From NCBI GenBank assembly GCA_977018835.1, contig OZ361258.1, positions 5,022,001 to 5,045,427 of the forward strand: a DNA stretch of 23,427 nucleotides, read 5' to 3'. Position 1 is the stretch's first letter. Each line of letters begins with the position of its first letter. Below are positions 9,915-19,414 of the stretch, piece by piece. Both the position numbers and the translations under genes were made by a program. The notes beneath the pieces were generated by a model, which made no database searches, was not told the DNA's origin, and saw only the letters and a list, made by a program, of their open reading frames with translations. The DNA comes from Minutocellus sp. GHC0000111. Taxonomy: Eukaryota.

Positions 9915-11167
9915 TTAGGTTTGTATTTGCGATTGCGTGGACGAAAGAGCAAAAAGTTGCACCAGCAGCTCCCTCAAGTGTCTATCCTGAAGGTCCTCAT
10001 CGGTCTGTCTGGATCGCAATCGGATCAAGTCCCTTATCACGGCCATGTCATCCTCCATCATGAGAAATAGATCCTCGAAGCATCGGTCGTTCTCCTTGGG
10101 TTGGAGGTAGGCATGGGCCATCTGGACCAATTCCAGGGCCTGCTCGTACTGACAAACACTGAGATGGCACAGGCCCAGATCGAACAAAATGATGCCAGGA
10201 CGTCGGTATCGTCCACCCGACGGGGACGGCCCGATGGGACGGTGACCGTCGACGTCGTAAAGGTGATGGTGTCCAAACTCGAAACGTCGCCGTGTCCGTC
10301 GACAAAGTGCGGGGCATCTTCCAGTATGGGATCGATGAGCTCGTCAAAGTTCTCGATCTGATCGAGCAGGTTGCGATGCTGCAGGGAGAGAGTGGGGATG
10401 TTGAGACCGGCGGCGGCCAGGACGTGGTTGGATGCTTCTTCTTCTTCTTCTTTGTCATCGATGTGGTCAGGGTTGTTATCGTCACCATCATTATCTTGCC
10501 CTGCTACATCTTCCATCTCAACATCCAAATCTTCGCAATTATGCATCATGCCATCTTCCTGATTCAAATCTGACGATAATGACGAAGAAGCGCGTCGTTC
10601 TCGTTGCCGCCGCCGTTTCCTCTCCATGTTGGTATATATCTCGTTCCATGGATAGGGAGCTTGCGGCTGCGAAGTTAATTCTGCATCCTCATTTCCTTCG
10701 CCATTTCCTGTGAAGGTGATGGCATCATAGCGATGATGCCCCATTCGAACCCGTTGGCGTCCCTCGTCAAGAGCGGCAAGATGAGCTTGCATCCTATCTG
10801 GCGCATATCTCTCTGGATCGAGCAATGGGCAGCTTTTCAGAAGCTCTTGTAGATATGTGGTGTTGATGCGGATGTCACCCCGCATGCCCAGTTGTCGTTC
10901 GGGTGCAAATATCTGCCGCCGGTCGGGATGGAGCAGATGGTGCAGGGCCTGACAGAAGTGGTAATGGGCCAGGGGGAAGGAACCGACGCAATACGCCACG
11001 GAGCCAAGATAGGTGAGCCGACGAGATTCGTCGCCGTGCGGATCGGAGGGGAATGTTGGAGGAGGTTGCGCCAGTGGAGGCATTTGGGCCTGGGTTTCTT
11101 CTTGAAGGTGTTCTTGGAGACCTGCGTCTCCGTCTTGTGCGGGAAGCGGAAGTGGATTATTGTCCAT
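9915..11167 (-). pseudogene. Hypothetical protein with TPR-like helices and an acidic linker, frameshifted near 10197; 3' end uncertain
   Basis: ATG 11167 (MDNNPLP), a helix pair LTYLGSVAYCVGSFPLAHYHFCQALHHL and an acidic tract. After DDTDV the TPR-like GIILFDLGLCHLSVCQYEQALELVQMA is in the frame of ORF 9915..10187. A possible last intron (weak gtgcaa donor, ctaac branch, pyrimidine tract, aag acceptor, about 9963-9892) could extend the gene to about 9801. Confidence 0.55.
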
Positions 11168-11653
11168 ATTTTTCCCCGTTTTGGCTCGGACTATCATCTA
11201 CTCAAAATAGCTGTGCACTGCGTGATGCTTCTGGAAATGAGGGGAAGTTACGAGGGACGAGCAATAATTGTATGATGATATCAGGCTGACCTCGAAACTG
11301 TGCATGCGTGAAAACTGAATGGATGGATGGTGAATGCACGGTAAAGGACAAATCAAACTTCATGCGCCATTTATTATTATTGTGCATGATGACTGATAGC
11401 AAACCTTGGCAAGGACAGGCTTCGAAAACTTGAGCCGGTGACCGGACTGGGGGCCGTTTTGGCCTGTTTCGTGGCCTCTTCTGTGTCCTACAACAGGCCA
11501 GGCCTTATTTGCAACGGAACCCTGAAACCCTTTCTGAAAAATGGTTTCTGAAAATTACGCATGATTGAAAAATCAGACATACTCGAAACTACCTCTTTGG
11601 CCGCGGGATGCTAATTGGGTTACATTTCTGTTCTATTCTACACGTATTCTATG

Positions 11654-12251
11654 ACCCCAAATCACGAAAAACGTCGGGAAATCTCTGCCGAAACGCGAAA
11701 AGGCGCCAAAAGAGCTACAAAGTGGAGATTTTGTAAATAAAAAGAACAGAGCATCGCGAGGCGTCGCCCAAAAGCGCTGTTTCAAACTGCCATCAGGGCG
11801 TTCAGTAGCGCAATTTCAAAAATGCACATCATGTGTCATCCACTTCCAGCACGCATCTTGCACATGACAAGAAGCCGCTCGACGTGCTTGTTTGCGTGGT
11901 GTGGTCGCGGTGAGCTGGTAGTGTCGAGCGCCTTTTTTATGATGGATTGAAGTGTCGGCAATTTCCATTTCTCACCGTGTCTTTTATGACTCGCTTGATT
12001 AAATTAGAACTGATTCCTATGTAGAAGCTACGGGAGAGGCAGCACATCGAATCGAAAAAAAGCCGGAAAAATGGCCAACAAGACGTGTCGAAAACTCATC
12101 CCACACAGAGGTCGCACGAGAGTCGCGCTGCTTGCGCTGTGTTCGCGATGATCTGTTCTCTCAGGATCGACCATTGCGTCTTCTTTGATTCTATCGGCGC
12201 CTTTTCGCACATCACGATGTCGCACGACATTTTTCGTGTGAGATTTGGGGT
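11654..12251. mobile_element. Degenerate foldback / long-TIR non-autonomous element (candidate)
   Basis: Four colinear inverted blocks: 11654-11663/12242-12251 (10/10), 11664-11676/12225-12237 (12/13), 11695-11707/12196-12208 (13/13) and 11743-11759/12143-12159 (16/17), with near-equal spacing on both arms. The interior is non-coding. True termini and TSD were not identified. Confidence 0.5.
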
Positions 12252-12746
12252 GGTCCTCCTCCTTCCAGTTAGACCACCAACAACCAAAGTTTGCTCGGGC
12301 ATGGGAAAGAAGACCAGTTTTTGCTGTTTTTCATCAACGATGACGGCGGGTGGAGGGGGGGCTGGTTTGTGGGCGGGATGTCTTACCTTGGAAGTTCGAC
12401 CACGGCATAACGTGCGTCGGGGGGTTGCTGTGCATCGTGGGGCGTGCGGGCGCCGGCGGTGGTGGGCCGCCTGAGACATCGGCGGTGCCGTGTCTAGGGG
12501 GGACCCGGATTGACGTTGGTTTGCTCGGCGAAGTTTTTACTAATTGGGTTACCAAGGTACATGTACCTAGGCTAGGTATGGGTCCGGAACGTCTTGCTTT
12601 CCGGTTTTTGCAGACATTGCAACATTGCAACATGTCATGCATGCGCACAACAGCCTTCGGGCTCGAAAAGGGAAAGCAACGCCCGCCCGGATGCATGGCT
12701 GCTTATGACATGTAATGAAGGATTGTAATAAGCCGCAGTCATCAAA

Positions 12747-13230
12747 ATGATGGCCAAAAATGGATATGCCTCCAAAGACGAAGACAGCAATGATGATAAC
12801 CAGAACCCGAACGAGAACGTCTTTACCATCCCACCGTTCACGGCTGAGCAGGAGCTGCGGGAGAAGGCCTCCCTGACGGCCGACGAGCGGCGGTCCATCA
12901 TGGTTGATGTGTTTGGGCTGGGGCATGCTCTGTCGGGATTTGCTCTTGTTGGTGACGGTAGCAATGCTACTAGAAGCAGGAATGACGAGGTCGATGTGCG
13001 CCAGCATATGCAAAATGCGAACACTTTGGAACCGGCACATGATTGTACAGGCATGGCTGCAAATGGAGGCGGTTCGCATCAGGCTAGCGAAGCTTCTCTT
13101 CAAGCACACACCGAACGAATTACTTCTGCGATCAATCAGATACCCGAAAATGAAAAAGAAGCATATCTCATGGCTTTGCTGCAATGTCCTGATCAGATAT
13201 TTTCCGGATGGCGGAAAGATACTTTTTTGG
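12747..13230 (+). pseudogene. N-terminal fragment of a diatom CRAL-TRIO-associated-type protein, 3'-truncated
   Basis: ELREKASLTADERRSIMVDVFG...AINQIPENEKEAYLMALLQCPDQI...FL resembles, from memory, the N-terminal helices of an expanded diatom CRAL-TRIO-like family. The similarity stops after DTFL, and the ORF ends at 13322 in what looks like the leader of the next gene. Confidence 0.45.
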
Positions 13231-13318
13231 AAAAGATTTCCGAGAACAGCACAATCGACGCAACTCCTCGCCTGGTTCCGTCACGACGGCAAATCATGCA
13301 CCACTGCTTGCATCAGCG

Positions 13319-13674
13319 ATGAGTATCGAAATCACGGAAGAAGAACGAGAACTGCTCAAATGGTCCTCCTCCGGCAGAAAGTCCGACCCTCGAATGGACC
13401 GAGCCGTCGTCCTTTGTCTGCGGAATCCCAAGATTGATCGGTTTGACGCGCTGGTTGGTGGCGGCTTCTTCTACCCTCGACCCAAAGAAGCGCACGTGCC
13501 CCAAATGAGATTGCAGAGGGCGTGACGCTCCGGCAGCGCAAGAATCAGCTACGCAGACGGCTGGGTCTTGTGGTCAAGAAACGGAAAATGAATCGGACTC
13601 AAGTTGATGCAGAGGGAGGTAAAACTGGGGAGTGCGCTACAAAATTAGACATGATTCGCCATCTTCAGATCTAA
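13319..13674 (+). pseudogene. Small diatom-type 'DPRM...QRKNQL.RRL' basic-domain protein, frameshifted at about 13499-13505
   Basis: MSIEITEEERELLKW...RKSDPRMDRAVVLCLRNPKIDRFDALVGGGFFYP continues in another frame as NEIAEGVTLRQRKNQLRRRLGLVVKKRK...HLQI* (TAA 13672-13674). I recall this two-part motif from diatom hypothetical proteins; its function is unknown. Confidence 0.6.
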
Positions 13675-13805
13675 ACTGAAAAACGTACAAATGCTAGTAT
13701 AAAGCGTTGTAATTTTTGTATTCAATAGGGAAATTATTTTACAATCGCAGTATACGCTTTGGATTCACTACACACTAGTAATATCCTTCACATATGCACC
13801 CTGCT

Positions 13806-15966
13806 TCATTTCTTACCGCCGCTCAGGAGAGCTTCTCTGAGCCGGGCATTCTGCTCCCTGAGGCCATCTCTTTCGGCCTCGAGGGAGACAATCTGTGCAC
13901 GGCACTGCTTGACCTCCTTCACCAGTACCTTCTTCGTCGCCTTCCATTCCTTCTCAGAGGCGGCAAGTTGATCCCTCTCGAAGCAGAGCATGTCACTCAA
14001 TACCCGAGTTTTCTCCGTAGCCTTGGCCTGAGCCGCCTGCAGGTCCTGCTCGGCCCGGCTCTTGGCCCGGTCGGCAATCTCGGCACCACCCTCCAATTCC
14101 TGAACCCGATAGTCCAGGAAGGCAATGACCTCCTGATCCGACACGACCTGCCGGGCCACCTTCTCCTTTTCGCTCTCGGCCATGCGCTGGGCGCGCTCGA
14201 CATCGCGGAGCTTGGCCACGAGAAAGTCCTTGACGGATTCCACGCCCTTGAGCTCGGCGATGAGGTCGTCGCGCTCGTTCCGGAGCTTGGTCAGATCGGA
14301 CTCCGACGCCTTCTGGGCCTTTTGCATGCTGATGATGACGGCCAGCTCGTCTCTGGTGAGCTTCTCAGCCATGCTGTTGGCCAGCTCCGGCGTCAGCATG
14401 GGACCGCGTCCTCTACCGGTGAGGCCGGTCGGGGCGGTAGCTGTGGTGAGGCCGGTGGTTGTGGGCGCGGCACATTCCGTAGCCAAGGTGGCGTCGGCAG
14501 CCGATTTCGAGGTGGCCGTCTTGTCGTCCTTTGCAGTGGTATTCACGGCGGTACGAGTAGCATCATTGGCAGAAGCGGTTGCTGCTGCTGCGGCAGCGGC
14601 AGGCTTGGACGCTGTGTTTCGACCAAACGGCGAAAAGAGCCCGCCGGCCAGCGTCGAACCGAGGGCAGAAGCGGCCGTCGGGGCTGACGCCGATTGGGAG
14701 GTTGCTTCGGCGGCAGCGGCGGCAGCAGTTTTAGTTGCCGGTAGTTCCTCCACCACGACGCCCGCTGCATTATCTGCACCACTATCGTCACCACTGCCAC
14801 TCCCACCACCACCTCCTACTCCTCCTCCACCACCACCACCCAAACCAAACAATGTGTCGACCCTGGAACACATGACGACGCTGACCTGGGCGGTGCTCAG
14901 TGTGTCCTGCGCCTCCAGACTGGCAAACATGGTCATCAACACTCGTTCGGGGACGCATTCCAAGATGGGTTCGGCATCGTCCATAGGATTGGGTGGGGTG
15001 AGGACCTTCTTCTTCGTTGGTCGGCTGGTAGCAGGCAGTATCTTTTGTGCCGGTCTCCTCCTCTTTGGCGTTGTCGGCAGTGACCTCTGGCTCGGCGTCG
15101 GCAGATGCGGTGTCCGAGGTGGTGGGCGTGCTTTCGCCTGTGTTGTGGCCATCGGCAGCCTTTGTTGTGTCAGTGCTTGCAGCAACGTCAGAGATGTCGT
15201 TGGCATTGGACACCACGCCTGCACCATCGGCACTTTCTGCAGGATTGGCAGGGACAGCATTCAGAGGATCAGGAGCAACCTTCTCATTGACATGGGCATC
15301 GGCCTTCTCCCTTTCGGTTGCATTCGCATCACCCTTCTGCACCCCGCCGACGACATCTTCGGAGCTTGCCGCCGCAGCTGCCTCCACCTGGGGCACACCT
15401 GCAGTTGTGCTTGCACTAGTGTTTGCTCCGACGGCACCCCCCTTCTGCTCCGTCGTCGGACTCGGACCCACCTGAGCATCTGCCTGAGCAGCCTGGCCAC
15501 CCTGCCCCTCCTGGACGGCCAGCTCCAAGGCTTGGGCCCGGTCGGTCATCTCCTCGAACCGTCGCTTTAAGACGTCGTGTTCCTGCACTCTCCCCTCATT
15601 GTCCGAGCGCCATCCCTCCAACTCTTCCAATTTCAAACTCAGCTTGGCCAGCTCCGCCAGAAAAACATCGCCCAATTGCTGTCTGCGTTGGGATTCGTGT
15701 TGCGCCAGAGCGCGGGATTCGGCCAGGGCGGTTTGGGCGGCGGTCAGTTGATTTTGCAGGGAGGTGGTGCGCGATTTGTGGACGAGGTGGGCAGAGAGGG
15801 TGGAGGTGGTTTCCACGTCATTGAGGAGGGTTGTGAGGACAGAAGACACCTCGGTGCGAATTTGCAGGTTGGTCGCTGTCGATGTGAGGAGGGAGGTGAG
15901 GGTGTCGGCCTCGCAGGAAGTTGAGGTGGCGGGATGACAGTGATTGCCGCCTTCGGGAGGGGACAT
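13806..15966 (-). pseudogene. Coiled-coil protein with a central F-box-like motif, split by a frameshift between about 14984 and 15045
   Basis: The N-terminal half is in ORF 14788..16119 (ATG 15966 MSPPEGG; coiled coil, acidic linker). The C-terminal half is in ORF 13806..15260 (ILECVPERVLMTMFASLEAQDTLSTAQVS, poly-Gly, long heptad coiled coil). No intron is evident at the switch. Confidence 0.65.
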
Positions 15967-17085
15967 GGTCGCTGACAATTTTCTCTCTGCTTGTCGGCAG
16001 CAGCGGAATGCACGCCTGTTACGCAATTCGACACTGCGGTCGGCAACAAGTGCAATGCCGGGACAAGAGCTCGCTGAGCTGACTGGAGAAGGGGAATGAC
16101 TCTCTGATTGTTCCAGCAAGTCTTGGAACGGTCAAGAACGACGCGGAGAGCAAGTGCGCGAACACTTCCAATTTATTTCCAGCGCAAGATGTGCAGGGTC
16201 TGACTCAAGCAACTGCCAACATGCATCTGGCAAGAGCCACAGAAGACAGGTGGTGCGCAAATGCTGCGCCGGGGGGGCGATCAACTACACGTGCAGCGGA
16301 ACAGCCACGTCGCACCAGGCACAGTGTCTTTCGCCTCGGCACATCTTGCAATCGCAATCGGCCTCGCATTGCACAGCACCATCTGCCAGCCGGATGACTC
16401 GCATGCTTTTGGTCGCACTTTCGGTGGCCGGCCGGCGCGCGAAGCAACCGACCGGCGCGCCCAACGCGAGCCACCATGGCGGCAAAAATTCAAATTGCCG
16501 CCGCTGCGTGCAGAACGAAGGCGATGTCTCGCGCTGGTGTGGGAGAGTTGCGGCACGAGACCAACCAGGTGCTCCCGACATCCTGGTGATGTTCCCGTTG
16601 GTCTCGATCCACAACTCTCCATGAGCAAAAAAAAAACAACGGCCGCAATCCCGCGGTCAACACCGCAGACAGAGTTGCGGTGCAGGACGCCCTGGCTGAA
16701 CTGCTCGTCCGTCTTCGCAGAAAGGAACTTCATCACCACAATTTCATCGGCAACAACAACGACTCCTTGATGAATGTGTTAGGATGCAGTCCCATCATGT
16801 GCGGCGCCGTCATACACACTGCGGGCATCTTGGGTTTGAAGAAGAAGAAACACGAAGACTGCTGCGACATGTGTAGCCTAACAGATTGGGTTTTGGTGGG
16901 TTTCTTCGTGACGTGTTCGTCTTCTGCCGAAAAACGCTTCATCCGACCGGCGAAACAAGACGAGATGGGGCTGTGATTGTGCCAAATAGTTTTTGGTCTG
17001 GCCGTCACTGCGTGTTGAACAAACCAATGGCCAGAGGGAAGAAGAACAATTGATAGTCCCGCGCTACAACAAGATATCAGAGTGG

Positions 17086-18019
17086 ATGGGGAAGAAGGGC
17101 AAGCGAGCCGCCAAGGCTGGTGGTGGCCAGCCCAAGGAGGGGACCGGCGCAGCTCGGAGAGCGAAAGCGGCGGCAATCCGAGAGATTGAAGAGGGAATGG
17201 ACCGGCTCATTGAGAGAATGGAAGCGGAGCTGCAGGATAAACATGTATTCGAACCGGCTGCCGAGTTGGAAGAATGCCCCATATGTTTTCTCCCCTTTGC
17301 GTTTAATGAGTACAGAGATATCTATATGAGCTGCTGTGGGAAGAAAATTTGCAGCGGATGCGCATGTTCCGAATCTCGATTGGAGAAAAAAGACTCAAGC
17401 GGCAAACCCATTTTTCGATGTGCTTTCTGCCGGAACGAAAATGCTTATAATGCAAAGCGACACTCCTTTGAACAAGCAGAGAAACGTGCTGATGCGGGAG
17501 ATGCGCATGCAATTACTTATCTTGCTACCCTCTCCAAAATGGGAGTAGGAACGCAAAAGGATGACCTTTTTTTCACTCAAAAATTTAATTTCCGCTTCCA
17601 AAAAAGGAAACACAAAAGCATTGGTTGGGGTTGCGGAGGCCTGTTACGAGGGCAGAGGCATACCGCAGAACGAAGAAAAGGGCTTCCGCTTATCATTAAT
17701 TGCTGCCAAAATGGGCAATCCCATCGGGCATGAGCAACTGGGATATCAAAGCGTCGAAAAAGTGAAGGAACTACCTCAGATTAAATGGGGTACCGCAGAA
17801 GGCTTAGATGTTCTTGCCAACTCCATCAATCGGGCTGATTGTCACTACTTCTTCGCAGCCAAGTATGGCTCGACATTTAGTCTGGCGCAATTGAATCTTT
17901 CTGTCGAAAAAGGGCGATTGAGCCGAGAAGCTTATGAGCTCGCAGAGAGATTATGTATGGAGGCAAATGAACGTGTCAAGAGTGAGGAAAGAGAGCTTGC
18001 TCAAGCTCGCTTGTCATGA
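17086..18019 (+). pseudogene. RING-type zinc finger + SEL1-repeat protein, frameshifted at a T7 run (17567-17573)
   Basis: ATG 17086 (MGKKGKR); ECPICFLP...MSCCGKKICSGC...CAFCR; SEL1-like KRADAGDAHAITYLA...GVGTQKD. It continues in the frame of ORF 17561..18019 (ASKKGNTKALVGVAEACYEGRGIPQNEEKG, AAKMGNPIG, AAKYG). Removing one T fuses the frames. Confidence 0.8.
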
Positions 18020-18102
18020 AGCTTCTCACAGAGGCTCTGTTTGAGTATCCAGGCCTTCTGCCCCTTCCCATCATAAGCGTTTTCTATAAATTATAAAATA
18101 TA

Positions 18103-18140
18103 TATTACAAATCAGCAAAGAATGTCACTGGTAGGCGAGT
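18103..18140 (+). repeat. 38-bp dispersed repeat, copy 2
   Basis: tattacaaatcagcaaagaatgtcactggtaggcgagt; 37/38 identical to 9799-9836. Confidence 0.95.
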
Positions 18141-18260
18141 ATAATATATGTTGTTTCTGAATGAATAACAAATGCCTTTTCTAAAGGGATGTCAATTCCT
18201 GCATGCAATTCACAGCATTAATCTAAAAAAAGCTTTTCCATATATAATGCAATCTAATAT

Positions 18261-18713
18261 CTACTTCTTATCCAACCGATGAGCGTCGGCGACCAGTCCA
18301 TCTCCTCCACCGCTGCCAGGCTCGGTCAGAACAAGCGACGCATACAAATTCTTCCCCTTGCCATGCAAGCTGCCCTTGATGGTGCCGGTCTGCTCGGTCT
18401 CAATGAGATGGAACGCCCCGTCCTCAAACCAAACACCAACGATATCTTCGGTATCGTCGTCGTCCTCGTGTTCTCCCTCGTAGAAGAATTTGCCCTCGAG
18501 CGTCCCACCATCTCCGTCGTCGGTGGTGGTGACCGTCTTGAACCAAACCTTCATCTTGCCCTCCATCTCGATGCCGTGATCGCCATGGATTCCGGTGGTG
18601 TCAGTGCCGGCGAACTTGCCCTTGAAATCGTCGGCGTCGTAGGCTTGGGTGATGACGGTGGCGGAAAGCACCAGGGTGAGGAGGAGGGCGCTGAATGTGG
18701 CGAGGAGCTTCAT
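18261..18713 (-). CDS. Small secreted acidic hypothetical protein (150 aa)
   Basis: AAAAATG start context, signal peptide MKLLATFSALLLTLVLSATVITQA, strong C-ending codon bias, and alternating beta-strand-like segments with Gly/Asp turns. The ORF is intact. Confidence 0.8.
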   Translation of the reverse strand: MKLLATFSALLLTLVLSATVITQAYDADDFKGKFAGTDTTGIHGDHGIEMEGKMKVWFKTVTTTDDGDGGTLEGKFFYEGEHEDDDDTEDIVGVWFEDGAFHLIETEQTGTIKGSLHGKGKNLYASLVLTEPGSGGGDGLVADAHRLDKK

Positions 18714-19414
18714 TTTTGTTTGTTGTGTCTACTGCGTGCGTTTTGAGAAGAGGGAGTACATATATATGGATATGCACAGACATGTCAGATAGAGCTACTA
18801 CATTGTTCGGCGAGCTGCGAACCAACGTCGATCGAGATGATCGAGAGACGACAACGATGCAGCAAGGGCGCAACGCAGCCAAGCAAGCAACGACCATCGA
18901 CGCAAAGTAGACAATTCAGGTCCACCCATTCAATCAGATTGCACTCACTCACTTTTGATGGAACAACTAATGGTGGGCGTATCTGTTTACGGATCCTGGT
19001 ATGAATGAGGCGGGCCTAGCTAGTAGCAGCAGCAGGGAGCGAGCGCCAAATCAAATCCAAACAAGCTCAGGGCATCTCTGCAAACCATCAGTCCTCGCCT
19101 GTCGTCACGGCCAGCCACTGCGAACTTTCGAAAGAATTTCTTTCTTGCGTCATCATGATTTTGAACTAACGAAGGACAGACCATTTGCATGTCATGCTCA
19201 TTTATTTTGGAAGCGGCGTATCCTCTGCTGCCTCTTATCCTTGCTACAGTCACGTACATGTACCGCCGCTCGAGCGGACGTGCCACCAATACTCTCGGTC
19301 TATTGCCTCACATATAATACCTACGTGTATCTTGCTGCCTATTTCGTGGTTTCTCAGCTCTTGAGCTAGCTGTTTTTGAAAAAAATTCTAAACCGAAACC
19401 TGAAGAAAAGCAAA

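Noticed and set aside
14790..14845. (CCA/CCT)n repeat
   Set aside because: It encodes the poly-Gly linker of the coiled-coil protein.
13794..15570. Long plus-strand ORFs 13794..14687 and 14182..15570
   Set aside because: They are antisense shadows of the GC-rich coiled-coil gene, with no family motifs.
1990..17575. Programmed ribosomal frameshifting or RNA editing as the cause of the many split genes
   Set aside because: The shift sites share no sequence motif or direction and co-occur with truncations and missense decay. Pseudogenisation or assembly error is simpler.
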